From positions 576,001 to 640,000 of the forward strand of contig CAWCNY010000006.1 in the NCBI GenBank assembly GCA_963797095.1: a stretch of DNA of 64,000 nucleotides, in the 5' to 3' direction. A program made the translations under genes and the position numbers. Shown one piece after another: positions 10,116 through 20,370 of the stretch (within the stretch, counting starts at the first letter, position 1; every line of letters starts with the position of its first letter). Under the pieces are notes generated by a model. The model was not told the origin of the DNA. It ran no database searches and was given only the letters and a program-made list of their open reading frames with translations. The stretch is from an uncultured Chloroflexia bacterium (GTDB lineage Bacteria > Chloroflexota > Chloroflexia > QHBQ01 > JADMIH01).

Positions 10116-10670
10116 ATGAGTGCGGCAAGTATTACACGCGCAAAGGGTCTGGCAGGTGCGAGCATGGTAATGGACGTTGCTCGCGTCGTGGGAGTTGGGG
10201 CCGCGGTAGTCGGAGTGGGGATGTTGCTCGGAGCGAGCAGCTACGAATCGGTGGTTATGGCGCCAAACTACAGCGCCAACATCCCCAACTCGCTGGAGAC
10301 GGCCCGGCAGTTCTTCAGCATCAATAACCCCGGTGTATTCTTCCGGGTGCTCGCTCCGGCTACCGAGGTGCTGGCACTCGTCTCCACAGTGCTGTGCTGG
10401 CGCACGAAGGGCGCGAGGTGGTGGATGCTGGCCGCGTTCGGCGCAATAATCGCAGCAGATGTTATCACCTTCACCTTTCACTATCCACGCAATGACCTGC
10501 TGTTCACTAATCCCCTGAGTGTACCGAAGGACCAGCTCATGCAGGCGGCAAATGAATGGGCTGTGGGCAATTATGCCCGCATAGCTCTGCTGGTAGTGGC
10601 TTTAGCCTTGGGCATGGTAGCCTTCAGCCGCTCCGTGCTGCACTTTGCCCGTGCGACCGACAAGGACTAA
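10116..10670 (+). CDS. DUF1772/anthrone oxygenase-like membrane protein
   Basis: AAGGAG RBS before ATG 10116; four hydrophobic helices, TFTFHYPRN and W..GNYAR pattern typical of DUF1772. Confidence 0.72.
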   Translation: MSAASITRAKGLAGASMVMDVARVVGVGAAVVGVGMLLGASSYESVVMAPNYSANIPNSLETARQFFSINNPGVFFRVLAPATEVLALVSTVLCWRTKGARWWMLAAFGAIIAADVITFTFHYPRNDLLFTNPLSVPKDQLMQAANEWAVGNYARIALLVVALALGMVAFSRSVLHFARATDKD

Positions 10671-10685
10671 TGCCTTATCGACTAA

Positions 10686-10765
10686 GTATTGAGAGTTTTG
10701 GCTGCACTTTCCAAGCGCAAACGCTACTCGGCAAAGCTGTTGCTATTTTGTTGGTAAGGTACCAG
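10686..10765. repeat. Right arm of the inverted repeat flanking the DUF1772-like gene
   Basis: gtattgagagttttggctgcactttccaagcgcaaacgctactcggcaaagctgttgctattttgttggtaaggtaccag is the reverse complement of the left arm. Confidence 0.9.
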
Positions 10766-10953
10766 TGTTGGTGGGCGTGCGCGTGGTTCTGTATTGATCT
10801 TAGCACAGGAGTTCTGTTATTTCAAGTACCTGAATGGCTACATTTTGTGAGCTCATGATGATGAAATAAAGTGCGACGGTGTCAGCCAGGGCAAAAGGAT
10901 AAGGGATAGGTTTGTGGCCCATCCCTTCGTTGAATATCGGTTATATTAGCGGA

Positions 10954-13383
10954 TTACCAGCGGTTGCCGCCTCGGTCGCGATTGCCGTCGCCGCCGCCCT
11001 CGCGTGGGGGACCACCGGGGACGCGGTCACCGCCGCTACCGCCATAGCCGCCCCCGCCACCGGGTCTGCCACCACCGCCACCGTAGCCGCCCCGATTGCC
11101 ATAGCCTCCGCCGCCCCCGCCACCGGGGCCGGGGCCGCGATTGCCGTAGCCACCGCCACCGCCGCCTTCACGACGACCGTAGCCACCACCGCCGCCCTCG
11201 CGAGGGCCGCGATCACGCCCGCCGAAGCCAGTGCGCTCGCGCTCGGCGCGGGGGGCTGGCATTTCGCCGGTGAGAACGGCCTTGCGGGAGAGGCTGACCT
11301 TACCCTGGCGGTCGACTTCGATCACCATTACGTTGATCTCGTCGCCCAGGCTGACCACGTCTTCTACGTTCTCAACGCGGTAGTCGGCAAGCTCGGAGAT
11401 ATGGACGAGGCCATCTTTGCCGGGGAGAATCTCGACGAACGCGCCGTAAGGCAAGATGCGCACCACTTTACCCAGGTAGATCTCGCCGACCTCGGCCTCT
11501 TTGGTGAGACCCTCGATCATGCGGATGGCCTGCTTGGCGCTCTCGCCATCGGTGGAGGCTACCAGTACGGTGCCATCGTCCTCAACGTCGATCTTGGTGC
11601 CGGTCTTTTCGGTGATGCCCCGAATGTTCTTGCCGCCGGGGCCGATGAGGGCGCCGATCTTCTCGGGGTTGATCTTGATACGCAGAATGCGCGGTGCATA
11701 GGGCGAAAGCTGGTGGTTCGGCTCAGGCAGAACCTCTTGCATCTTGTCGAGGATAAAGAGGCGGGCTTCGCGAGCCTGGGCGAAGGCTTCTTCCATGATC
11801 TCGAAGGCAAGACCTGCGGTCTTGAGGTCAAGCTGTAGGCCGGTGACGCCCTCGGAAGTGCCTGCGACCTTGAAATCCATATCGCCAAGCGCGTCTTCAA
11901 TACCCTGGATATCGGTCAGCACTTTATGCTGCGAGCCGTCCTTGCTCTCGACAAGGCCCATAGCGATACCGGCCACCGGGGCCTTGATCGGCACGCCCGC
12001 ATCCATGAGAGAGAGGGTGCTGCCGCACACAGAGGCCATAGAGGAGGAACCGTTAGAGGAAAGCACCTCGCTGACCACCCGGATCACGTAGGGGAAATCG
12101 GCCTCGGAGGGGAGGACGGGGATGAGGGAGCGCTCGGCCAACGCGCCATGCCCGATGTCGCGGCGTGAGGGGCCGCGTCCACGTCGGGTCTCGCCGGTGG
12201 AGAACGATGGGAAGTTGTAGTGGTGGATGTAGCGCTTGGTGTCCTCGATGCCGAGGCCATCAAGCATCTGCTCGTCGTCGCCTGTGCCGAGGGTGGCTAC
12301 GGAGAGGACCTGGGTCTGGCCGCGTGTGAAGAGGGCTGAGCCGTGGGTGCGGGGGAGGACGCCGGTCTCGATTGAGATGGGTCTGATGTCCTTCGGGCCG
12401 CGACCGTCTGGGCGCTCGCCGCGCTCCAGTATGGCGCTTCGCACCTGCTCCTTGAGGAGGGCCTCGAAGGCCTTGTTGACCTCGGAGGTCATCTTGGCCT
12501 TATCGGCATCGGGAAGCTCGGCGGCCTCAACGAAGTGGTTGAGGGCCTCGGTGCGCAGGGCCTCGGTCTGGGTCTCGCGCACCGTCTTGTCGGCGTTGCG
12601 GGTCTCCTCGTCAAGGCGGGAGCCTAGCCAGGCCGTAACCTGGTCAACGACGGAAGTGTCGGAGACAGGAGGGGCCCAATCGCGCTTCTTGGGCTGGATC
12701 TCTTCGATCATCTGCTTCTGGATGGCGACTGTGGGCTTGATTCCCTGCTCCCAACCGAATCGAACGCCTTCGAGCATGATGTCTTCGGGTAGTTCGTGGG
12801 CGCTGGCCTCGACCATCGAGACTGCGTCTTCGGTGCCTGCTATGGTCAGTTCCAGGTCTGATTCGAGTAGCTGCTGGGCGGTGGGATTAAGTATAAACTC
12901 GCCGTTGATATAGCCAACCTTGGCCGCGCCGACCGGCCCCGCGAAGGGTATGTCGGAGAGGGACATGGCGGCTGAGGCTCCAATGATCGAGAGGATCTCA
13001 GGCTCTGTCTCCTGGTCGGTGGAAAGAGTGGTGATAGTCATCTGGATCTCGGCGCGCCACTGCTTGGGCAGAAGCGGCCGGATGGGGCGGTCGGTGAGGC
13101 GAGCGGTGAGGGTGGCGGCCTCGGAGGGACGCCCCTCGCGCTTGATGAAGCCTCCAGGGATCTTGCCTGCTGCGTACATCTTCTCCTCATAGTCTACGGT
13201 GAGGGGAAGGAAATCAGCGCCTTCGCGTGGCTCTTTGGCAGCTACCACGGCCGCCAGGATCATGGTGTCGCCGTAGCGCACTGTGCAAGCGCCTGAAGCT
13301 TGCTCGGCTACCCTACCGACCTCGATTGTTATCTCGCGACCCGCGATGGTTGTGCTGAATTGCTTGGGTTCTTCTAGTTTCAC
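10954..13383 (-). CDS. pnp: Polyribonucleotide nucleotidyltransferase (PNPase)
   Basis: RLTDRPIRP, SNGSSSMASVCG, GDMDFKVAGT, KH (IGPGGKNI) and S1 domains; lies downstream of rpsO. Confidence 0.99.
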   Translation of the reverse strand: MKLEEPKQFSTTIAGREITIEVGRVAEQASGACTVRYGDTMILAAVVAAKEPREGADFLPLTVDYEEKMYAAGKIPGGFIKREGRPSEAATLTARLTDRPIRPLLPKQWRAEIQMTITTLSTDQETEPEILSIIGASAAMSLSDIPFAGPVGAAKVGYINGEFILNPTAQQLLESDLELTIAGTEDAVSMVEASAHELPEDIMLEGVRFGWEQGIKPTVAIQKQMIEEIQPKKRDWAPPVSDTSVVDQVTAWLGSRLDEETRNADKTVRETQTEALRTEALNHFVEAAELPDADKAKMTSEVNKAFEALLKEQVRSAILERGERPDGRGPKDIRPISIETGVLPRTHGSALFTRGQTQVLSVATLGTGDDEQMLDGLGIEDTKRYIHHYNFPSFSTGETRRGRGPSRRDIGHGALAERSLIPVLPSEADFPYVIRVVSEVLSSNGSSSMASVCGSTLSLMDAGVPIKAPVAGIAMGLVESKDGSQHKVLTDIQGIEDALGDMDFKVAGTSEGVTGLQLDLKTAGLAFEIMEEAFAQAREARLFILDKMQEVLPEPNHQLSPYAPRILRIKINPEKIGALIGPGGKNIRGITEKTGTKIDVEDDGTVLVASTDGESAKQAIRMIEGLTKEAEVGEIYLGKVVRILPYGAFVEILPGKDGLVHISELADYRVENVEDVVSLGDEINVMVIEVDRQGKVSLSRKAVLTGEMPAPRAERERTGFGGRDRGPREGGGGGYGRREGGGGGGYGNRGPGPGGGGGGGYGNRGGYGGGGGRPGGGGGYGGSGGDRVPGGPPREGGGDGNRDRGGNRW

Positions 13384-13401
13384 ATTGTTCTCCTAAAAAT
13401 C

Positions 13402-13480
13402 TTTCGATTTTGGATCTCGGATCCTAGATTTCAAATTGCCCGAAACTAAATCCGAAATCTGCAATCTAAGATCCGAAATC
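13402..13480. repeat. Degenerate heptamer repeats in inverted arrangement between rpsO and pnp
   Basis: tttcgat/tttggat/ctcggat units facing aatccga/aatctgc/aatctaa/gatccga units. Confidence 0.6.
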
Positions 13481-13545
13481 GGGCCATATGCCCGTGGGCC
13501 GTCGGCTCCTTGCCGACAGCCAATAAATAAGCCCCGATGCGCTCG

Positions 13546-13836
13546 CTACGCGCCGGGGCGATTGAGTATGTCGCGGATGTTGAGACGAGTGATCAACTCA
13601 CGGTAGCGGTTAATGTCCTTTTTGGCAAGGTAGGCGAGAAGACGACGCCTCCTGCCGACCATCTTGAGAAGTCCACGCCGCGAGTGGTGGTCGTGCTTGT
13701 GGGTTTTGAAATGAGAAATAAGATCGTTAATGCGTGTCGTAAGGATGGCAACCTGTACCTCAGGCGACCCTGTGTCTGAGCCATGCGTTTTGTATTGTCC
13801 TATCAATTCCTGCTTGCGCTCGGTCTGCAATCCCAA
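13546..13836 (-). CDS. rpsO: 30S ribosomal protein S15
   Basis: [38 protein letters not shown]; TTG start after AGGAGG RBS. Confidence 0.98.
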   Translation of the reverse strand: MGLQTERKQELIGQYKTHGSDTGSPEVQVAILTTRINDLISHFKTHKHDHHSRRGLLKMVGRRRRLLAYLAKKDINRYRELITRLNIRDILNRPGA

Positions 13837-14009
13837 GATGAAACCTCCTGTGGGCACTCTTTATGCCCCGTAGCCCGTCCTTGTGGGCGTTATCCGTGAC
13901 TCTTCCTTGGGAGGGGGTTCCTTGTGTTCTTTTTTTGGTCCCTCTTTAGGCTATACCCGCCAATTATATCATATATAGGTAGGCTGCCGCAAGCGCGATT
14001 CTCCGGCGA

Positions 14010-14038
14010 TTGACGTTCGCGTAACCTTATGCTACATT
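14010..14038 (+). promoter_or_regulatory. Putative sigma70 promoter
   Basis: TTGACG-17 bp-TACATT upstream of the membrane protein gene. Confidence 0.5.
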
Positions 14039-14082
14039 TGAGTCCTTCATTAGAAACCCCCATTCAACGACTGGAGGGTCAT

Positions 14083-14880
14083 ATGCTTGTCTCATTTCGC
14101 TACAGCCTATTTGTTGTTGCCGGTTTGATGTTAGTGCTTACAATTGGATTCTTCTGGCAGATGCCATGGGCAACCGGTCTGTGGCCCTGGCCGGAGTCCA
14201 GGCTATCGTATATCTTTCTTGCCTCCATCACCGCCTCGATTGCCGCTTCGAGCTTATGGACAGCCGTGTCACAGGAATACGGAGCTTTGCGCAGCCAGGC
14301 GATCAATACCGTTGTGGCAACAGCTGGAGTGGCAATAACTGCTTTCTCATTTCTTGCTTCGGACGGTTCTACTGGGACTTTGGTGCTTGGCATAGTTGCC
14401 GTGCTCTTGTTCTTGCTCGGTATAGGCACATACCTGTTGTTCCGGCAATATCCAATCAAAGACCCACGACCGCTGCCCGGTGCGGTGCGCATCTCCTTCG
14501 CGTTCTTCGCTATAGTACTGATCCTCGTGGGCGGGGCGATGGTCCTGGGCGCTCAAGTCTTCCCCTGGCCGCTCCAGGCCGGCTCGCGTGCCGCGTATGG
14601 GTGCGTTTTTCTTGGCGCGGCTACTTATTTCTTCTACCCAGTCCTACGGCCAAGTTGGCATAACGCCCGTGCACAGCTTTGGGGCTTTCTTGCTTATGAT
14701 ATTGTGCTGATCGTGCCCTTCGTGGGGCACTTCGAGCGTGTGACCCCGGAGTTGTTGCCCAACCTGATCGTTTATGTCGCGGTGCTCATCTACAGCGGAG
14801 CGCTGGCGATCTACTACCTCTTCATCAATCCCATCACGAGGCCGGCATCGTCGCGGCAAACACAAGCCCAATCTGCGTAA
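14083..14880 (+). CDS. Hypothetical multi-pass membrane protein with two internal repeats
   Basis: GGAGG RBS; ~8 TM helices; LWPWP and VFPWP repeated motifs. Confidence 0.75.
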   Translation: MLVSFRYSLFVVAGLMLVLTIGFFWQMPWATGLWPWPESRLSYIFLASITASIAASSLWTAVSQEYGALRSQAINTVVATAGVAITAFSFLASDGSTGTLVLGIVAVLLFLLGIGTYLLFRQYPIKDPRPLPGAVRISFAFFAIVLILVGGAMVLGAQVFPWPLQAGSRAAYGCVFLGAATYFFYPVLRPSWHNARAQLWGFLAYDIVLIVPFVGHFERVTPELLPNLIVYVAVLIYSGALAIYYLFINPITRPASSRQTQAQSA

Positions 14881-14890
14881 GGAGGCAACC

Positions 14891-16270
14891 TCAGGTCTGG
14901 GTAGGGGCGAGGGCTTTCGCTCCTGATGAGGCCGGTGATATGACGCGCAACATCAAGCCCGGCTTAAAAAGAGTGATCGGGGACCTGAGGAGATGGATCG
15001 CTTCAAGCATTGCCTGGCAGACCTGTTTATCAGTGGTGGCTCGTGCCATCACACGGGTAATATAGCCCTGTGTAAGGCGTGTCGCGAGGTCCGGCTTGCC
15101 CCCCTCTGTGATCGGACAGCGGAAATCCTCGCCGGTGGCAAGAAGCCAGGGCGTCTTGTTATTGCGGGCCAGCCTCTTCTGGAAGCGTTCGGCGAGACCC
15201 GTGAGGTCGCCGGGGTGGTCGCGTGTGTGCTCGGCCAGTACCTTACCGAGCGTGACAGCGCCCAGTGCGCTCGTAGTCATCCCCTGCCCGTAGACAGGGT
15301 TGAAGGCGCACACTGCATCACCCAATGCTACAAAGTTCTCAGGATACCTGGGGAGACGCTCATAATGCCGCAGGAGATTTTCCGTCCTACGGTAGCCAGC
15401 TATGTCGGTTAGAGGTTTGGCTTGCTTGATGGCCTCGTACAGGTGGGGGCTGCGCAACGAGCGAGCGAATTCGAGGAAACCTTCCTCATCCGTAGGAGGA
15501 TACTCCTTGCCCATACCTCCCAATGTGACGACCCAGCGATTCCCCTCCACTGACAGGAGCGCGCCTCCCCGCAGACGTTTGGGGGCAGCGGTGTGGATGA
15601 TAAGCATCTTCCAACTGGCTTTGAAGGCGGGAAGTGGCTCGTAGAAGCGGCTGGCATAGCCGAGGAACGAGTTGACGATAGTCTCCTCTGGGGCTGAATA
15701 CCCGAGCGATTCCAACCACTGAGGGGCTTTGGAGCTTCGCCCACTGGCGTCTACCACCAGATCGGCGCTCATGCTCTCCTCGCCTTCGCCGCCATCGCGG
15801 TGGCGGAAGCGCACCCCCGTAACCTGGCCTCGGCCTTCTCCTCCATTATGCAGAAGGCCGATCACATCGGCGCTCTCGACCTGGCTTACTTTCGGATTGG
15901 CGCGAACGCGGCCCCGGATGGTCGATTCTAAGAGGTCTCTGCTACAGGTTCGGCCTTCGATTGAGGAGTGGAAGGTTTGCTTCCAACCGGCGGGTAGGAA
16001 CCATGCAAGCTCTGCACCGACGTTGACCCATGGCCCGCCCGCGCGGCCAAGCTCATCTTGCAGCCCGGGAAAAAGCTTCTCCAGAGCCTCCCTGCCGCTG
16101 GCCAGGAGCACATGGATATGGCGAGCCTGCGGCACGCCCTTGCGCGAGCCGACACTCTTGGGGAAAGTGTCGCGGTCGAGAATTGTAACCCGGTCAAAGT
16201 GGGCGGATAAAGCCTGCGCAGCTGTGAGGCCAGCTATGCTGCCGCCGATAACAATCGCATGTGTAGACAT
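14891..16270 (-). CDS. FAD-dependent monooxygenase/oxidoreductase (UbiH-like)
   Basis: IVIGGSIAG, VDASGRSS, GDAVCAFNPVYGQGM motifs. Confidence 0.9.
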   Translation of the reverse strand: MSTHAIVIGGSIAGLTAAQALSAHFDRVTILDRDTFPKSVGSRKGVPQARHIHVLLASGREALEKLFPGLQDELGRAGGPWVNVGAELAWFLPAGWKQTFHSSIEGRTCSRDLLESTIRGRVRANPKVSQVESADVIGLLHNGGEGRGQVTGVRFRHRDGGEGEESMSADLVVDASGRSSKAPQWLESLGYSAPEETIVNSFLGYASRFYEPLPAFKASWKMLIIHTAAPKRLRGGALLSVEGNRWVVTLGGMGKEYPPTDEEGFLEFARSLRSPHLYEAIKQAKPLTDIAGYRRTENLLRHYERLPRYPENFVALGDAVCAFNPVYGQGMTTSALGAVTLGKVLAEHTRDHPGDLTGLAERFQKRLARNNKTPWLLATGEDFRCPITEGGKPDLATRLTQGYITRVMARATTDKQVCQAMLEAIHLLRSPITLFKPGLMLRVISPASSGAKALAPTQT

Positions 16271-16384
16271 AGATGTAGGTTCCTGAATCGATCCTCCCCC
16301 TGGAGCATAGACTTTGATCTATCCAGGATACACTATAGTTTGCCTGGATGTTAAGCCCCTTCGGGCGTGCTGGAAATAACAGCC

Positions 16385-17765
16385 CTACACGGGGCAGCCT
16401 AGCTCGGTATCGGGGAGGGGAATGGCGACCACACCGCCGTTCTTTAGCCGCAGCTCCAGCACGCCCGATAATGGCTCTCCGCATGTGAGCTTGACAGGGG
16501 ATGGGTCTACGCCCGGTTTGATGAATTCTACGCGGGTTTGGTCGGCTGCACCGGGTTGGGAAGTGACGCCGAGAAGCTCAGGTGTGAACGTCACGATGAG
16601 TTCGCCGCTCGGACGTCGTATTGCCAGCTTATTATCGGGGTTATCGAAGTCGCAGGCATCGACCGAGTCGTTGAATTGCAGGACAAGGTCGGTGTGTAGT
16701 GGAGGCTTGTCGGCTCCAGGGCCGGGGGTGTGGTCCTCCCACACTTCGTATTCAATGCCGGTAGGGAGGATTCCGGGTGTGGAAGGTTGCCCTCCCAGGC
16801 CGTTGTATATCGTGGAGCCTGCCAGGCTGACCTGCACGCGGTTCTGCTGGTCGTTGGTGGGGTTGTAGGTGATGATCATGCGCTCCAAGACCTGCACGCA
16901 TACGGGCTTCAGTTCGCCCTTTATCCTCGCCATCACCCAGATCGCCGGGCCGATAGGCATGCCAATGTTCTCTACCGGTCTCGAGTTCGAAGAGGTTGGT
17001 GAGACCATCCGATATGGCTGTGGGGATGCGGTGGCCTGTCGTGCTGTCGGGTTGGCCCAGAGGCAGTGATACCATGCCCTTAGCAGGGTCGATAGGTGAT
17101 GTGGTGCCATCCGGGTGCAGCCATTGGTCCGCCGCCTTCGCGTCGGCGTCGAGCGCCTTTGAGTTGTCGGTGGTTAGGAGGTTGCTCATGGTGGCGAAGC
17201 TGACGGTGTCTTCGCCTTCTTCCCCTACGATGGCAAGTTGAGGAAGGGCCTGTCTTGTTGCCGGGGGCAGGTCGATATACTCCCTCTCATCGATCTGGAC
17301 CCTGCCTTCGGAGATCACGTGGGACAGCAGTTGACGGGCGGGTTGACCGCCGAGCAAAGTAAAGGCGGTACGCTCGTAGAAGGCGACCTCTACAAATTTG
17401 CCGTTGGAGGCTTGCAAGAAGGCAGAGCCGAGAGGCAATCCCAGGTTGCTTTCCCTGGCTATGTGGTACTGCTCCCAATCGCGCTTTGCCTGCGCCTCTA
17501 TTGCTGCTTGAAAACCGGAGGATATCTGCCCGCTCAGGTAGACGTTGCTGCCGGGGAATGACTTGGTTGCACCCTCGGGTTTGTCGACGTAGGTTGGTGT
17601 ATCGTCCAGGGCCGGGGATGGGAACAAGTTTGGATTGGTAATTGCGTTGTGTAAGGTAGTGGCGCGAGCAGATGCGCTAAAATGCAGAGCGCCGAGGATT
17701 ATGGTGATTATTACCATCCACCTTGTCACCGGTGCAGATCTGGCTATTTGAGGATATAGTTTCAT
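16385..17765 (-). pseudogene. Frameshifted secreted/surface protein gene (two overlapping ORFs)
   Basis: ORF 16752-17765 has a signal peptide and runs to TTGHRIP...NLFEL. The homologous sequence continues in another frame (ENIGMPIGPAIWVMARIKG...VQVLERMIITYNPTN), matching GLPISDAYWSKVKIQG...IQAFERRVLTYVPTN of the intact neighbour. Confidence 0.72.
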
Positions 17766-18089
17766 GGTTGTTCTCTAGATAAGCCTATTATATCTGGACT
17801 CTTACATACCCGTGTCGATAGTGTAGGGGTAGCAAAAATCTGCGTAAAATGACGTACTCATGATACGACGGGTGCAAGTGGAAAACCGGATGGCGTTTCT
17901 GGAGTGGGTGATATACTCGCGCTAACGTGGGTATGGAGGTTCGGAGACCTGGCAAACCTGCGCAACCTGTGCATGGCAGACTCGTTATGGTTATTGGACG
18001 GACAGTTCAATTGCGGATTTTAGATTTCGCGTCGCTCAGTCCGCAATCAAAAATGAGCACGGTTCGTATGAGAATTAGGAGGATGAATC

Positions 18090-20198
18090 ATGAAGTTCAA
18101 GATTAGCAGGGGCGCGAAAACAGGAGGTACCCTTGCCACGATTCTGCTCGCGGCTGTGACCGTGCTGAATGCTGTGCCTGCGGCTGCCGTTGATTTCGCT
18201 CACTCCGCGTTCAGGCGGGTCTGGGACCGCACCGACTCGCTGGTAGCTTCGGGCCAGGTGAGCCGCACGTGGTTCTGGGGGCCTGAGCCGAGGGCCGCTG
18301 CCCAGGAACAGTATGTTGATGCGCCGGGCGGCACACAGACCCGTCTCGTGCAGTATTTCGATAAGAGCAGGATGGAGATCAACGACCCCAACGCCGACCC
18401 CAACGCCACCTTCTTTGTGACTAACGGCCTGCTGACTATCGAATTGATCTCCGGGCAGATGCAGATAGGCGATAACGCCTTTGTGGACAGGTATTCGGCG
18501 GAGATACCGATCTCCGGCGATTCGGACGACACTCAAGCGCCCACCTATGCGTCCTTCCTGGCGGTATCGAACACCCGCAAGGGCGATCACCCGCAGCCTA
18601 ACCGTGTCGGACAGTTTGCTACCAGCACGATCAATAAAGCAGGGCAGGTGGGCGACGATCCCACGAAGGCCGACGTGCCGGGCACCAAGATCGCCTACTT
18701 TGAGCCGACCACCCAGCACAACATCCCTGACCGCTTCTGGGGATTCCTGAACGCATCAGGTCCTGTGAGCGAGACCGGGCAGATCGTCAATAAGCGCCTG
18801 ATCGACCCGTGGTTCTACGCTTCCGGACTGCCTATCTCCGATGCGTATTGGAGCAAGGTCAAGATTCAGGGCGTGCTCACCGATGTGATGATCCAGGCTT
18901 TTGAGCGCAGGGTGCTGACCTATGTGCCGACCAACCCGCCCGGGTTTGAGGTAGAGATGGGCAACATAGGCCTGCACTATTACGACTGGCGCTACAAAGA
19001 TGCGGGCAAACCCACAGGCACGCCAAGCGTGGAAGTCACGACCACAGTAACCGGCACGCTCACCGTTGCACCTACTACCACGCCTCCAAATGCGGGCACG
19101 GACACTCCAACGGTGACGGGCACGCCACCGACCGCTACTCCTACCGGCACGCTGCCGACCGGCACTCCAACGGTGACGGGCACACCTCCCACCAACACAC
19201 CGACGGTGACGCCGACTATCAACGTTGTAACCCAGGGCGCGGTAGTGTTTGAGTCTGATAGGTCGGGCAACAAGGAGATATGGCGGATCAGGGGCGACGG
19301 TACGCTTCCAACGCAACTGACCAATAACTCGGCGGACGACGATTGGCCCGTATACTCGCCCGACTATACGAAGATCGCATTCGTGTCGAAACGCGATGGC
19401 AACGAAGAGATTTACGTGATGAACTCCGATGGATCGGGCGCGACCAGGCTTACCAATGACCCGGCCTCGGATACGCAGCCAACATGGTCGCCCGACGGCA
19501 CGAAGATAGCCTTCGTGTCTACGAGAGGGAATATCGCAGAGGATATCTTTGTGATGAACTCGAACGGTACAGGCGTAACCAACATCACGCAGGTCGCGGG
19601 CAGGGATACAGAGCCGTCCTGGGGGGCCAATAACCGAATAGCCTTTACATCCAACAGGTCGGGTGCTAACCAGATTTACACGGTGAACCCTGATGGTAGC
19701 GGCTTGTTTGGACCTTTGACCACATCTGGTCAAAACTACGCGCCCAAGTGGAATACACTGGGCAACAGGCTCGTGTTCATATCGGATCGTGATGGGAACC
19801 CTGAGATATACACCATGCGCCCTGGGGGCGAGGAGCAGTTCAGGCTGACCAATGATCCGGGCATCGATACATCTCCTGCCTACGCGCCGAACAACAGCAA
19901 GATCGTCTTCTCGTCCAACCGGCTTTCCTCCGATAACTACGAGTTGTATACGATGAATGTGGACGGCACCTCGCAGGAGAGAATCACGATCCAGGCTGGG
20001 GTTGATGATCACCCGGACTGGGGCGTGCTGCTGATAGGGTCTCAACCCCCGGGAGAGCCGACGTCTACTTCAACCCCAACTGCCACAATTACGCCGTCCC
20101 CGACGGAAACGCCTCCACAGCAAGGAGTGCCCGGATTTAAATCAAGATCCGGATTCGCGGACGTACGATCTGGTTCTAAAACAAAATTGGCGGCTTAG
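18090..20198 (+). CDS. Secreted protein: conserved N-terminal surface domain, PT-rich linker, TolB-like PD40 beta-propeller
   Basis: Signal peptide; LVQYFDKSRMEI domain; (TPTVTGTP)n linker; repeated WSPDGTKIAFVS..GN..IYVM blades. Confidence 0.88.
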   Translation: MKFKISRGAKTGGTLATILLAAVTVLNAVPAAAVDFAHSAFRRVWDRTDSLVASGQVSRTWFWGPEPRAAAQEQYVDAPGGTQTRLVQYFDKSRMEINDPNADPNATFFVTNGLLTIELISGQMQIGDNAFVDRYSAEIPISGDSDDTQAPTYASFLAVSNTRKGDHPQPNRVGQFATSTINKAGQVGDDPTKADVPGTKIAYFEPTTQHNIPDRFWGFLNASGPVSETGQIVNKRLIDPWFYASGLPISDAYWSKVKIQGVLTDVMIQAFERRVLTYVPTNPPGFEVEMGNIGLHYYDWRYKDAGKPTGTPSVEVTTTVTGTLTVAPTTTPPNAGTDTPTVTGTPPTATPTGTLPTGTPTVTGTPPTNTPTVTPTINVVTQGAVVFESDRSGNKEIWRIRGDGTLPTQLTNNSADDDWPVYSPDYTKIAFVSKRDGNEEIYVMNSDGSGATRLTNDPASDTQPTWSPDGTKIAFVSTRGNIAEDIFVMNSNGTGVTNITQVAGRDTEPSWGANNRIAFTSNRSGANQIYTVNPDGSGLFGPLTTSGQNYAPKWNTLGNRLVFISDRDGNPEIYTMRPGGEEQFRLTNDPGIDTSPAYAPNNSKIVFSSNRLSSDNYELYTMNVDGTSQERITIQAGVDDHPDWGVLLIGSQPPGEPTSTSTPTATITPSPTETPPQQGVPGFKSRSGFADVRSGSKTKLAA

Positions 20199-20219
20199 CC
20201 GCCAATTTTGTTTTAGAAC
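20173..20219. terminator. Perfect 23-bp-arm palindrome overlapping the stop codon; probable terminator
   Basis: gttctaaaacaaaattggcggct-t-agccgccaattttgttttagaac. Confidence 0.75.
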
Positions 20220-20370
20220 TCTCCTCCTCCAAACTTGCATGTAAATGTGCAATATTACTCCTAAAGCCGCATCCTTTGGGCGTCGCCAGCGTATAAACTG
20301 TAGCTATGGAAATCACTGCGCGCCTTGAGGCTGCCGGGCGTGGCGACTCGGTAGGGAGGTTATCGGAAGC

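Noticed and set aside
9882-10481. ORF with a (CTG)n Cys-rich repeat that looks like a RiPP or metallothionein
   Set aside because: Antisense translation of the 9-bp repeat and the DUF1772-like gene; no RBS or modifying enzymes.
10912-11838. 308-aa Ala-rich plus-strand ORF
   Set aside because: Antisense shadow of pnp and its Gly-rich tail.
13840-13960. S15 leader RNA upstream of rpsO
   Set aside because: Plausible by position, but I could not match a known structure by eye; it needs an Rfam/Infernal search.
18756-20045. 429-aa minus-strand ORF and many similar overlapping ORFs in the track
   Set aside because: Antisense or alternate-frame shadows of well-supported genes in GC-rich DNA.
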